NCBI RefSeq assembly: GCF_036321535.1
Contig: NC_087436.1
Coordinates: 60,514,001 to 60,578,000 of the forward strand
Length of the DNA: 64,000 bases
Reading direction: 5' to 3'
From: Camelus dromedarius
Lineage: Eukaryota
Below the pieces are notes generated by a model. It worked only from the letters and a program-made list of their open reading frames with translations. It was not told the origin of the DNA and did not search any database. This document shows, piece after piece, positions 1-14,329 of this stretch. The position numbers were made by a program, and so were the translations under genes. Numbering within the stretch: position 1 is the first letter of the stretch; every line of letters begins with the position of its first letter.

Positions 1-123
1 AATTTGTTGAGTAGAGTTATTTAATATAAAATTCCAGATTCAAATTATAAGGATAAATAGATAGTTTAAGGTAATTACCTCAGTGGTTAAGGAGAGAGAG
101 AATTAGTTACTTATTATACTTTT

Positions 124-179
124 TTATTATAGGTAAAATGTTTATTATAGGTACATAATGCTTATTATAGGTACATAAT
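124..179. repeat. Short tandem repeat, ~20-bp unit x ~3 (ttattataggtacataatg)
   Basis: ttattataggtaaaatg / ttattataggtacataatg / ttattataggtacataat read directly. Confidence 0.85.
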
Positions 180-3100
180 AAATACTAAATAATTGTTATT
201 ATTGTCATTACTCTTAAATCAGGGAAGTGAGAAACTGTTACAAAGTATATAACATTATCAGTTAATGTTAAAAGAAAAAATTCTTAAGATTCATTTCATT
301 AACTATTTTTGCAGAAGTATAGACATTAGTAAACTTAGTAAGGCCAGGAGTTTTATACCTACAATACCCAGGGAAGATTAATTCTCCTAGCTAGATAATC
401 TCAAGATAAAATCCAGGAAACCCTACCTTAATCCCTGGCTTTTTGATTTCAGGACATTATTATTTGAGTTGTCAATGCATCACATTATAAGAAAATACAA
501 CAGTGTACTTAATCTGGACTTATTGAATGACGTGTCTTTGAAGGTGCTTTAAAAAATACATTTTGATATAAGCTTACTCATTTTTTCCCTCCAAAATGTA
601 TGACGTAAACAAATTCCTATTATTGGAGAAATTCTGCCGGCTTTGATTCTTATAAGCAGGAATTTATTATATGATAATGAACACAGTTAATTTTCAACCT
701 GTAATAGCTTAAACTTCCTTGTTAAACTACTTTAAAATATAAATTTATTTTCCTCAAATCTGTCATTTGATACCAATTCTAAACTAGATCTTCCTAATTT
801 TATAATTTTATTACTTTAAAATTATAGGTACATTTTACAAGTTTAGATTTACTGTATCTATTCTAAAAGTTGGTGCCACATTTCCTTTTTGGAATTTGAT
901 TGTTAATTAGACTGAAATATAAATCTAATTATTGAAGTTAATGTGTAAATTACACATATAGACAAAATTTCTTTTAATGCATTCAAAATTATTATCTACT
1001 GTGAAATAATATAAAGAAAAATAAAACAGGGTCTCTCATTCTAATGAACTCAAAACATACTGGTGGAGGTGGATAGACATACTGGGAAATGAAGTACTAT
1101 GGTGCAATGTAAAATGTTCAATAGTAAAGACATACCGAAAATGTTATGGCATCACAGGTGGAGGAAGAAGGACACCTGTTGAGGGGAGAGGTTTTTAACA
1201 TGGATTTTGACATTTGAGGTGGATTTTAATAAAGTGTTTGAATTTGCTGAAGAAACAGAGAACTTTCTAAGAGGGCTTCTGGCCAGATGGACCTGCAAAA
1301 TGGGAAAGATTGGAACATTTGGGAAAAGGTAGTGAATTAAAATATGCTATCAATTGGTTAAATGTATCTTTTTGATCCTGGTTATAAGGTCTTGTCCCTT
1401 AAATACCATTTATCAGATTCAAAATGCAGTAATTTGAGTGTATCTCCTCTCCTTTTGTTTTGTCACTCTTTTGTGTGGAATGTCAGTGAGCAGAGAAAGA
1501 ATGTAAAAGGCTTTAACGTGGGAAAATAAGGGCTCAAGGTTAGTAGATACCCCACTAGATAAATCAGGTCCCACAGGGATCTTTAAGTATGTGTCTGTCA
1601 TTGCTGCTTGTACACTGCCATTTTGTAATGTAACTAATTTGCTTACTCTTAAAATGATAAAATTTAATGAAATTATAATAAAGTACAAAGTGCATTTTAT
1701 TGTGCAGTTGATGTGTGTTATAAAAAGTATATACATATATAAAACTAGAATTGTTAAAGTTTCATGTCTGGCAGAAAAATGAATCTGTAAAAAGATCAAA
1801 ATTTATTTTTGTCTTTGAGATTTTGTAAGAAGAAAATGTTCACTTTCAAGTAAAATTTTCTATTCATGTTTTTAGAAAAAAAAGAGAACTTAAAGCCCAT
1901 AATTCTCTATTTTTAAAGCATCAACATTCTGGAAATGTTTAAAAACATGAGATTTCCAGTACTGCTTTTCACCGGCATTTAAATTGAACTTTGCATTGGG
2001 ACTAGCCATTACTAGTTAGCAGGCAGCGACCGTATCCCCAGAAGTAGCAGAAGGCAAATATCAAGCCACAGCTGCTGCGAACCCTTCCTAGTTTTAGTCT
2101 AGGGTCACTTCACCTCCCCAAGGTGCCTAGACTGGGGAGTGAGACTCTGTGTCCTTATAGACCACCTCAGCTTCCATGACCTACATAGTATATTCAAAAT
2201 GCCATTGTTTTGTCCACATTATTACTATTTATTCATTGGCTTCTCCCAACTGACGACAGGATATCTGTGTGATAATCACGTGACTAGCACATAACCTTTT
2301 ACAGCTAACATCGTGCAACTCATGGGATTCCTCAGACTGAGATTTATGTGGAGAGGACGTATACAGACATACACAGAACAAGATGTGTCTCTATTTGCTT
2401 AGGAAAGAACTTGAGGAGGAATAGTGCTAAAAACCCAAAGTTCCTGAAATGTGGAGGGGAAAAGCAGACAAAAAATGAGTTTGTGGGGCCAAAAAAGAAG
2501 GCAGACATTACATAGATATAGATAAGAATGCATGCCCAGACTTGATGAGTATAAATGTTATAACTTTTAGGTGAAGGATTGGGTTTTTTTCTCTTTTGAC
2601 CTCGAAATTGTTGAAAAAGCAGAATCTCATCTTTAAACTCTTAATTTAATTGAAACACACATTTTATTGGAACTTCCTTTATTTGATATTGGCATGGAGG
2701 TCATACAGAAAGATTAATTCAACAGTTATATCAGATATAGTCTTGGAGAAATTTTGATGTGAGATTAAATCTCTTCTAAATCTAATTCCAAACTATTTAC
2801 ACCATCTTAAATTTTTAACTTATTTTAGAAAACTACTGAATCACCATATTTTGTTTAATGAAAAGAAATTGTGTGCTCAATAAACCATTTCATTTTCATA
2901 TTTTAAGTCTAGCTCTTTTGTTCCCATTAAAATGATTGAATATCAATCTTATTACTAAAAACCCTTCTGTTTCAACTACCTAATGTTTTGTAAAAAGATC
3001 AAAGTTCCTTCATAACCATGCCTGACTGTTATTTCTTTCTGATGGTAACGTGTGAGAGCAGATATGTGTTGTGTGACTCAGAAGGTGTGGTGAAACAAAC

Positions 3101-3466
3101 ATGCTGAGTGAGATCAAAGAATTGGCATTGAAATTGAAATAAAGAAAGAAATTTCGTGTTGAATTTGATACAACTGCACCTGTAAGCATTGCTTTCAGTA
3201 AAATTTCCTTAATAAAATGTCAGCCAAACTGAAATTGCTCATGGCTCTAAATCTGTGATTGCTTGAAACGCCTTTTGACATCTGCATGATTACAACAGGA
3301 TATCTTAGCAAAGATTCAATGTTTGGCTAAGTCATGCCCACTTAGAAATCTGTCACTTTTATTACATCTGACTCTTCAGTTATCTACATGTGTGTTAATA
3401 TAGGTCTTTAGAAGTTGACGGCTCGTGGAAGTGAGATTGTCTTAAATTGCTGTCGGTCCACCATCC

Positions 3467-3746
<280 letters not shown>

Positions 3747-4344
3747 TGACCTTTCTTCATAGAAAAAGTACTACCTTTACATGTGTATTCTTCTTGGAGG
3801 TAATTCACCCAGATAAAGGCTGTGAAAACTGTACAATAATCGTGATTGTTCTGTTTTCTGGAGAAAAGTTAGTGAAATGAGCAATGTAATAAATGCCCAA
3901 ATGAACAGTGACCTTTCAGAAAGAATGGGTGCTTTCATGTTAGCTATGAATCTTGGAATTTCTCTGTGTTGAAATATAGCAGATGCTTTGTGCCTGATCT
4001 CTAAATTTTCAAAATGAAGATCTTTTACTTGATTTCTTTGTAGTGACATCATCTCTTATTAAGTGGCTTATTTGCTTACTGCATAAGAGTTCATTGCCAA
4101 ATATGTTTGTGGAAACTGAGAGACTTAAGCTATGTTACCAACCAGAGGGCATGGTTTTAGGGTGATTTTTAAAATTTTCAGAATTCTGACTTTGCCTTTC
4201 TTGACAAATATGAGACTCTAGGAGGATTATTCAGAAGATATTATGACATTCATTTTAAACAAGCAACAGAAATGAGGGGTGAACTGGAAGGTGAAACTTT
4301 ACAAATTTCATGACCACAGCAGCAGAAAGCTTTTTGCTTTTTCC

Positions 4345-4800
4345 CAGCCGCAGTGGCCTCCCTGCTAGTCCTTGATCACATCACAAGTACTCTTGCCTGG
4401 GCTCCTCCCTCTGTCCGGAAAGCTCTTCCCCAAGATCACACTTGTCTATTCTCTCATCTCCTCAGGTCTTTGCTAAACAACACCTTCTCAGGGAGGTCTA
4501 CCCTGACCTATTGAAAATGGAAACCATTTTCCTTACTTCTGGGGTTCCTAATTTCTCTACTCTTTATTTTTTCCTTTTTTTTTTTTTTTTTTTTTTTTGT
4601 TTGGTCAAAACATGTATCATCTTTAAAAATAATCAATAACTTACTTGTTTTTATGCATGATGTTTATTTTATTTCTCCCCTTCTGAAATACAAGTACTTC
4701 CTGAGGTTAGAATATATTTAGTTTGTTCACTGATGTTTTACAAGTATCTAAGAGAGTGCCTGATGCATAGGAGATGATTAAGGAATATTTATTACATTAA
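4345..4800 (+). mobile_element. LINE-2 3' fragment containing an expanded poly(T) tract
   Basis: L2-like motifs ctcaggtctttgctaaac...ccttctcagggaggtctaccctgacc and 3' end tttgttcactgatg...agagtgcctgatgcatagg. Confidence 0.7.
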
Positions 4801-5489
4801 GGAGGAAAAGAAGGAAGGAAATAAGGGATAAGCAGAGTGACTTTTATTTCTGTGTCTTTAATAGTTTTACATGCGCTACAGCAACCTTGGTTATGCAACC
4901 ATTCAAAGTTATAACCAAAATATTTTGGAATAAATATCCTGAAAACTATAAGAAAATATCTTTCTTTGCTGACAAACTGCTCTGGATTGTTTCTGCTTGA
5001 TATAACTGTGTGAAACAGGCCTCCCTTGATGACTCATTAAAACAATGGTAATAAAAAGAAAGGACTAACAACCTGTGACATACTGAGATTTTATCACATG
5101 TAGTTGCCTTGTCTGGGACAGTTGATGCTAATTGTGGAAAAATCCGGACTGGGCTTCTGGTGGAGTTCTTCAGCTAGCACTTGAATGTGTGATTGGTGAG
5201 AGTAGTATTCCTTTGTGCAGAATATGCTTTTCAAATAATCTTATTACTCAGGCCAATAATTATACTAGTTTCTATTGTCCATCTGAAATGATAATTCTAT
5301 TTATAGCTTTATTCCATTTCCAAAATTAGGAAGGACTTCATATTTTAGTACAAAAGCAATTCATGTGTTTTTTGTCCCAGATCTTTGTCAATCTAATACA
5401 ATCTATGGACCCTCTACCCAGAAAAATGTGCACTCACATACACACACCAAAGGACTTAGTGGGATCTTGTAAGTCCATCAACAGAGCCC

Positions 5490-5620
5490 ATGATTTAGAG
5501 CAATTTCCTGATTGTCCAGATGAGGAAATCTACAAAGGGGAAGTAAGCATTCCAAGGTCATATAGCTGACTGTAATAGACTGAATACCAGCAGTGATTTT
5601 TCTATTCACTATGTCACTTC
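5490..5620 (-). mobile_element. MIR fragment
   Basis: cagatgaggaaatct...ccaaggtcatatagctg matches the antisense MIR core. Confidence 0.55.
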
Positions 5621-6950
5621 CCCAATCCCTTCCTCAAAATTTACCTTCCTTTTGGGTTTTTAGAAACTGAATTATGGACAGCCAGATGATTTAACTGGGA
5701 AAATTTCTTGCTCCAGAATATTAAGAAAACAGGGAAACGTGTACCATCCCCATCTTGCCCCCATTTAAGGCAGACAATATACATTGCAAATAAGACATGA
5801 AAATATTTCATTTCTTACAAAATTGGGCTTGCTTTTTATCCTTCTAAAATACTGCTATTTATTTTAGTATTTTAAAGCAGAAATATAAATGATGTAGCAA
5901 AATTAACCATTTGGAGATATTTCTCTTATGGGTACTTACAGGTTCTTCCAAATTTCTGATATGAAAATGAAGTCATAAACCTAGAAATTGCAGCATAGTT
6001 ATAGCAAAAAAAAAAAAAATTGAGCTGGGAGTTTAAATGGCTGATTTTCATCCCTGCTCTGTCACCAACAGTCTGAATGACCTTTTGAAGATTTCCTAAG
6101 ACTCTGTCTTATATAATGAGGGATCTATCCTAGAAAATTGTTAAGGCCCAATTTAGCAATAAAGCTCTGAGTTTCTATAATAACTCAAAGAAGATGCTAG
6201 TAAACTTTCATTTAAGCCACATTTATGAAATGCAAAAAATTCTAGAGTTTAAACAAAATCATTGAATTTGTTCATTATGAAATTTGAAATAATTTTGTCA
6301 AACTCTGATCAAAGCAATTCTGGTGAATGGAAATAAGCAGTTTATTGTTGCTCTAACCATTTGTTAATGACCCCCATTTTGACACTCATTATTCATTCAA
6401 GAAATAATGCTTGCTCACTCTGTGTCCAGGAACTTTGCTAGATATTGAGGTTAAAATGATGAGAAAACTATGCACTGTTGTTTTCTTCTTTGAACTTATA
6501 GTCTAGTGACAAAGAGCAATAGTAATCAACTAATCACCACACAATGTGTGTAATTATAAACTGTGATAAATGCCATGGAGTGCATAATGCCAACAATATC
6601 TCAAAGGAGACTTGACCCAGCTACCTCAGGGTCGGAATAGGGACGGCATCACAAAGGCTTCCCTGGTGAAGTGATGTTTGGGCTGAGATCCAAAAAATGA
6701 CTGGCAATTATTAAAAGTGGGAGTTAGAGGGAAAGCATTCTAGGCAAAAGCAACAAGAGGAAATTTAATGCAGTAGGAGGAGACCGTGGTGAATCAAAGA
6801 GGACAGGTGGAGCCAGAAAATATAAGGACATAGCAGGGGCTATGTCACAGTCAGTCATGTTAAAATATTGGTCTTTATTCTAGAAATAGAGGAACCTATT
6901 AAAGCATTTGAAGCCTTTAATATGGATGTCAGGTTATAGGTTTGCATGTT

Positions 6951-7310
6951 TTTTTTAAGCACCTTTGTTGTGGTATGATACACCTATGAGACCACCACCA
7001 CAATCAAGATAGGTAATATTTCCATCGCTCCCCAGGAGGTGCAAATTTCGAACTCCCAATTTATGCCTTCCCACCTCCTCTACCCACTGATATCCGTAAG
7101 TTTGTTCTCTATGTCTGAGTCTGTTTGTGTTTTGTAGAGAAGTTCATTTGTGTCCTTTTTTAAGATTCCACACATAAGCGGTATCATATGGCATTTTTCT
7201 TTCTCTTTCTGGCTTCACTTGATGATCTCCAGGTCCATCCATTTTGCTGCAAATGGCATTATTTTATTGTTTTTTATGGCTGAGTAGTATTCCATCATAT
7301 GTATGTGTAT

Positions 7311-7356
<46 letters not shown>

Positions 7357-7368
7357 CATATCTTCTTA
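6951..7368 (-). mobile_element. Short 5'-truncated L1 (ORF2 C-terminus and part of the 3'UTR) fused to an older L1M-type terminus
   Basis: The - strand encodes [25 protein letters not shown] (L1 ORF2 C-terminus). T tract 6949-6956. Direct repeat tgcatgtt at 6943-6950 and 7369-7376. Confidence 0.8.
7313..7354. repeat. (AC)21 microsatellite
   Basis: Perfect dinucleotide run counted from the sequence. Confidence 0.97.
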
Positions 7369-7775
7369 TGCATGTTGAAAAGATGTCTCTGCCTGCAGGG
7401 TGGGAAACAGATTAAAGGGAGGAAGGAGTGGAAACCAGGCATGGGTTGGTGGACTGTGATGGAAAGAGAGGAGATGATTGTGAATTCCAAGGTGTTGTTG
7501 AGGGAAGAAGAAAGAAATGCATTAATTCAAAAACTATGCAGGAAGTGGTATCAACAAGGTGTAATGATACAGTTCACAAGCCCGGGGGGAAGAGGAATGT
7601 GATCAGCATGGCCACTGTTAGCTTGTTGAAGTGGATCAATGGCTTTGCCATTCTCTTGTTGGGTGGTGCCTCGTGAATACCAGGAACACTGCAAGAGGAG
7701 TGGCTGCATTGGTGTTCAGCCCTCATGCCCTTTGAGTGTATTTGGCTCATCATTTCTTGATTGATGAGAGGATAA

Positions 7776-7868
7776 ATCTTCTTTTCTTCCTTCTTTCCTT
7801 CCTTCCATCCACCCATCCATCTATCCATCCATCCTTTCCTTCTTCCCTTTCTTTCTTTCCTCTCTTTT
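7776..7868. repeat. (CCTT)/(CCAT)/(CTTT) low-complexity repeat
   Basis: Read directly. Confidence 0.85.
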
Positions 7869-10800
7869 GTGGTTTCTGGATTTGTATTCTTAAGCCAAGA
7901 GCTCTCATTGTTCATTTTTATTTTTCTCTTTTTATTTTTGCTAAGTAAATCTCTTGAGCATGCTTGCTTTGGTGTACTCATCTCCTTTTGATGTTAACAG
8001 AGAGATATGATCACAGATACCTAAGTGTTTTTGTGAATTTGATCATATGAATGAAGCTACCCTTAGTAATAATTTCTAATTATAAGATACTAGATTAAAG
8101 GACAAATAGAATGTCTTGAATTTTAAAATTTTTTAATCAAATATTATTAGCTTCTTAAATATATCAGAATAATACATCTACTGATCTATATTTTTGCCTG
8201 TATGCACACAAGAAGCTATTAGCTGTACAGCTCATTTCCTGAAGCCCATTCATTTGACTGGCACAAAGAAACATGCTACAAATACATTGGCAGAGGCATT
8301 CAAGTTTTAAGTTCAAACAATGATGTCATAAAACAAAATTTATGTTTCCTTCTATTGAGAACAAATGATCCTCTTGTACTAAGAATATTATAAAAGAAAG
8401 TCACTTGAGTAAGAGTTGTTATGTGGTGCATGTATATTTACAATTACAGCTGTTCACTAGAACATTTGCTCCATCCCAATCTTTTAATAGTGCTTTGCAT
8501 GTATTTACTCCTCAGATAAATCCTTGTTGAACAAATGAGCATTTCTTTAATGCTATCTGGAAGTCCCTAGAAGAGTTGGATCCTCAGTGTCCCTGAGGTT
8601 TATACTTCTGTAATTTTCTGGACATGTAAAAGTTCTGAATAAACTGTAAAGCCACTGTCTGACAAATAGTACAGCTTCATTATCACATCCCATTTAGGAC
8701 CTATGTACCTGGAGATATCTTTTGTGCAAGATATAAGCTTGAAATATTTATAGCCTCAGATACTTAAAATAGATTATGTTTCATCTGTTTATTTTTTTCT
8801 TAAGAATCAGAATAAAGTTCCTAAACCATGCCATTTTGGGAAAATTAGATCAGATTATAAACAGTTTTTACTATCCCCAGCACAGTTATCCAGAAAATGT
8901 TGATTTCAAATGGATAGAAGCATGCATTCTCCGTAATGCTGCCTTAATTTATAAGAGGCTAGCTCACCAAGTGTGTGTCAGATGAATAAAACAAAGCAGG
9001 AATGAAAAATGTCATGCTTGATATTATGATCTATAACATTTAAGTGTCCTTATTTCCTTTGATTTAGCAGAACTGTCATGTTCAGTTTGATGCAGATTTA
9101 TTTTAAACACTTGAATGTTACAGACCTTCTAATTAAATTATTAGTCAGATGATGAATGTTGCCATCAACTAACTCATTCAATGCTGATTCCACAAATAAG
9201 CCAAAGGTCTTAGACGGCCTTTTAGGTTTCTTTGCAGAAACATCCCATATCATAGACATGATCATAATACTCTTTATAAGAAACTAGTAAGAGATATCAA
9301 CATTAGCGAAACATTTTCATTTACAGTAAACCTTTTCCTTAAATGTTTAGGAATGATTGATATATTATCTCAAATCATTAGAAGTTTGAGTCTTGCTTTG
9401 TACTTGACCTCAGAAGGTAACTAACAAGATTGATAGTTAAATTTAAACCTAATCTAAAAGCTTTGTGACATAGTGAATTCCCTGATTTGTATTTGTGGTG
9501 GGAGTGACGTATACTATTAATATCATTATAATCTTAGGTGAAAGCATAATGTGGTAATTAAAAAACCTAATTGACCTAACTGATTCGCTTCAAAATGTAT
9601 ATAATCAGTACTATCTCGCAATGTGGTATGTGAAGGCAATATTCTATACTCATGAAAGTCTACTAATATTACGTAAACTGTCTCCACTTAGGAACACATC
9701 TTTTATGATGGGCTTTCTATGTATCTCATAGTATTTTCCTGGGTTCAGGATGGATGAATCATAATTCCTAATGACCCTTAATCTTACAAGGTTGTAAATG
9801 GGAAAGCACTCTATACATTACATATAAAGTTGTAAGGAACATAGGCTTACAATTTACGTTTTCAGTAAAATTCAATAGCATTCAGTCATTTAATGGATAC
9901 TTTGTATGTGCTGGGCGCTCAGCTGGGCATGTGGGGAATACAAAGGAGGCTAACACTTGGTTGGCTCCTGCCTTCCAGAAATGTGCCGTCAAGGCAGGGC
10001 CACGATATATTTACCCCTGGGGAAAAGGAGCATCTCTGGTCTTTGAGAACAGGTGTCTGTAACAAGTATATATCCATCATAGGAAAAAATGCTTTCTGTT
10101 AGAAATGAGAGACGTACCCTGTCAATAAATATTGTACTTTAAATTTTGTTTTTGTCGGTAGACTGAAATTACCTTGCATATATGGAGATAAAAGCCTCCA
10201 CACTTTGGCTGTTTAGACACAGGAGCATAAAAATACTTCCACCCGAATCCTAGAACCAGTGGTTAATAATTTGTAAGCATTTAACCGTTACTATATGTAC
10301 ATAACTACAAATCCAATTTCAGTCTTCAGAGGGCCAATGGTGATGATAGTTTTGTTTGTTAGAGAAATACATTATAGGAAGAATGTGAAAGAACTACTCC
10401 AAGGCACACTGATGAACAGCTTTAAATCATACTTGTGCAGTTGGTTTATTCCTTCATAAATGCTCAATGTGGATTAAAATTCTGCAGAATGCAATGTAAG
10501 AGCAGTGCCCGTACTTGTATGAGCTCATTTCCATTGTGCATGTGTCTCACATACATTGCTGTTGCCCCTTCAAATGCAAAGATACCATGATATTTTTGAT
10601 AGTGTTTCATTAATCAGATACTTTTAAACTGTCAGATGATTTTAAACTTAGGTGTTTCCTTTAAACCTCTATTACCATCTGAGCCATATTTCTACCTTAT
10701 AATTCAGTGGAAAACCTGGAAAAAAATAATAATTTTAAGTGACAAGAATAAAATGTGCTTATTTATTATGATATGCAATAATCTTATCCCAAACTTCAAT

Positions 10801-12179
10801 GATAATCAAGTTGAATATTCCCAAAAAGTGAGAATAATTTGGTTTTTTTGTCCCTTCAAATACAGGCTTTTAGTTTTCTAACTTTCAGGGAGACATTTGA
10901 CAGTGGTATTTGTTTTATCAAGAGACAATGGAAAGGTTCTAGTTTCTCAAAATATTCAAAGCACACACAATCTAGAAAAAAATATGTTTACTTGAATTAA
11001 AAGGAACAGAAATAAGGTAAATGAGTTGCTGATTGTGTTTTGCATACTAATACATAATTATGGGAACTAGAATTTGGTGATATATTTCATCAATCTAATT
11101 GTTCTTCTATGAGGGGAAAATGAGTAGTTTGCCAACTCAAATATGAGGTAATTCTTTTATAAGAAACTATTAAAACTTTACAAAGCATTTATATATTTAA
11201 GTTACAACTTAAATATTCCTCTTTACCAGGTAATTCTGGTATCACTAAGCAGATGTTTTGAAAATTCCAAAAGTAGTATTTAATTCTTATTAAGACTATA
11301 GTGTACATTAATACAAAGAATGCTGAAACAGAAATTATGTTTGTTGAATAAATAAACAATTCAATGAACAAATGAAAAATAAAAAGAAGGAATATATAGA
11401 GATTTTATTTTCCTGATTAGAGGTGGAAACTATCTTACTTTTTCTTTTGTATTCTTCATACCAACACAGTATGATAAATCTATTTGGAACTCAATTCATA
11501 AGAATGAATTCAGTTGCAGCTTTGTGGGTAGTGAAGAAAAATGTGAATTTTGTGTTTAAGGAGATCAAGTAGCACTTAACTGTCAGTGCTTACAGGGGAA
11601 TGATATGTCTGGGAAGCCGTATTAGCAAATCATCTCCAATTCACATGTGTATACATTTTATTCTATTTGATTGTTGGGAATCCTGAAAAAATGCAGAAGA
11701 TCCTTTCAATAGACACTGTCCTATTTCATGCCACGTGAGTTTTCTGAGCAGGTACATACAGTTGTGCCTTAAGGCCCCAGTTTTTCCTCAGTGGATTGTA
11801 TGTAAGTTACTATCTGTAGCAAAATTAGAAAAGGCGTATGCTTCCTACTTCTGTTGCTGCATTTGGGGATCAATATAATTGTCACACAAAGCATGTAATA
11901 GCCTTAAAAGTACTTTAACTTGAATGTTATGACATATCTAAAATAGACACCTTAAAAATTACCTTCACAAAATACTAATAACTGCATATAATAATAATCC
12001 TTCTTCCTGCAAAGGGAAACTAACATTTGTGTCTGAACCAAAGGCAGGTGACAAATGTTCTGACTAAAGCTGCTCTAACATCTGTTGTTGGACCCACATG
12101 GTAGCCAGCTGGCCTCTGTCTCTGTGCTGGGTTCCTGGTTTACCTGCACCACTGGACTTGGTCATGCATAGGAGACGCC

Positions 12180-12320
12180 TGGCTTAGTGTAGAGAGCATG
12201 GGCTTTAAGTCAGGGAGCGTGGAGTTGGTCTTGTCTTTCTCCTGGGGCTGGATGATGTCATCTAACCCCTCTGAGCACAGATTTTCTCATCTGTGAAATA
12301 AAAGTGTTGGAATAAATGAG
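12180..12320 (+). mobile_element. MIR fragment
   Basis: agagcatgggctttaagtcag...taacccctctgagcacagattttctcatctgtgaaat. Confidence 0.65.
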
Positions 12321-14329
12321 TTCAAAATGTTTTAAGTCTGTGCTTAATGGCTTGAATTTTAGGCCAGTTTGTTCAATTATGCATTGCCAGACCTCTGGAA
12401 ACTCATTTAACCTTTCTAAACCAAACCTACTGGTCTATAACTGGCCAGCCACTGCACAGGATCAGTGTGTGAATGAAATGATATATTGCAGACAAAAGAT
12501 AAACAACCAACTGTAATGCACTGTGCAGTTGCAACCTTTTGCTAAGAAGGGCCTACATTTTCTCTGAGTTGTGTTAGATATATGATTATAGAAGTTCACT
12601 TGCATATTTATTTATATTTTGATGTTATTTAGTAAGTAAATTGCAAACACAAAAAGGAGAGAAAACATTCACTGAACAGTCTACTTTTTTAGCTAAATAA
12701 AATGCCATCATATTACTATTATTTTTTGTCAGATTTCCCCCATATGTTTCCACTGAACATTACATACATGTTACAACTGGAAATAAACAGTTTTGGGAAA
12801 CACTAGATTAAACAGAGTTAAAATGTTTCTCTTTTAAACTGAAGAAAATCTAGGAGCCCTAATATCTTGTGTTAGGGGTAGAGTTTTTGTCTTCAATCAT
12901 GTTTTTTTGATGCCAAACCCATGGAGAACAGTTGTGGGTACTCCGTGGAACACAGGTGTGAGACGCCCCAGGCTAATGGAAACTATCCCCGCTCCCTCTT
13001 TTCTTCCTTTTCTTAATAAGTCTTGTTTTTTAGGTTCTGGATTAGAGGCATTTAGAGGATTATCAGGACTCAGCATCCCATATCCAAATCCTATTCTTTC
13101 ATAGTCATTTTCTGTAAGCTCCCTTGGTACAAGACCAAAGAAAGGACTCTATTCATAAGAAGCTTTTGTACCAAATCCTGACAAAGCTCCCTGTTGACCT
13201 GGATGGGGGCAGGTCTAAGTAGTTTGCGACTGTGAAAATTGGCTGAGGCATCTTCCTGGCCCCTTTCCCTTTTACTCAAAGGCAAGGAAGTCCAGCAAAG
13301 GGAAGGAAGCCAGAGAGGTTCTCCTCACTCTAATTTTTCATGCCAAGACTTTTTAGAAGGGGGGCAGGTCCAGAGGAGGAATGACCCCAAGCTCATCTGA
13401 CTTGAGCACCTTCATGATAAGCACTAAGACCTAGTGTATAATCTTTAAAGCCTTGTATTTTATCTTGTTTCGTTATTTCCAGGGTAAAACAGAATCGTTA
13501 TATAAATGTTGGATCAAATTCAAGATGTATTTGCGGCCAGAGCTTGATAGAAGCTTAAAGTTCCCTATCCCAAGTTCACTTGAGATGGGGTTGTACATCT
13601 GCAAAGGGAGGCCAGGACAAGGAGTGGGAGCAGGAACATTTTGCTCTTGGGTCTGGTCTTCCCTCCACCCAGACACTTACGTCCTGGGTGACTGATGTGG
13701 TACTCTGTGGTCTGAATGTGGCTGGCTGGTCCTCTCCTCACCTCAGGGGTCTGGGACAGCCAGGCTCTCCTGCCATGACCTCCACATTCCAAGGCCTGAT
13801 CTGGACCCATGGGAAACCTAGGAATTCCTCTTACGGCGGCCTCGACTCTCAGCAGTCAGGGTGTGTGGGGCTGATGGAGATCGAGCTTGAACTCTCCCAC
13901 AGGGTATGTCAGACCCCACGTCTTGGTGTTGGTTTGCTCACACACTGTTAGCATTGGGAGCATCCTGCCAGGGAATGAGATGCTGGTCTTCCTGCTCACA
14001 GACCTCCCCCAACCTCATGAGTCACCACCTGCCTCTGCAGAGGAGGGTTCTGAGGAAAAGACAAACTAATGTTCCATTTGTTTCCCTGAAAATCTCTTCT
14101 TCTTTCTTTTTATGCTTCACTGATGGAAAATAATGAAAGGGTCTGGTACTTGAACTTTTATGATTTAGTTTCACTGTCTCAACTGTGAGCTTATTTCACA
14201 GTAGTCCTTGTACCTTCTACTTAGATGTGAGACAGGGAAGGGACCAGCTGTTACCTGGGGGTACAGTGCCCTCAGTCGGTGTTTCACATTGTAGGCAACT
14301 TTACGTTGAGCTGTCCTTTCAGTCACCAA

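Larger units (their letters stand above)
6385..7490 (-). mobile_element. LINE-2 remnant interrupted by the 6951-7368 insertion
   Basis: Begins with tcattattcattca...tgtgtccaggaactttgctagat. L2-like text runs across the insertion: ggtttgcatgtt | gaaaagatgtctctgcctgcaggg. Confidence 0.65.

Noticed and set aside
7215..7981. Cluster of overlapping ORFs (THTHTH, CVCVCV, GWMDRW)
   Set aside because: Produced by the (AC)n and (CCAT)/(CCTT) repeats and L1/L2 remnants.
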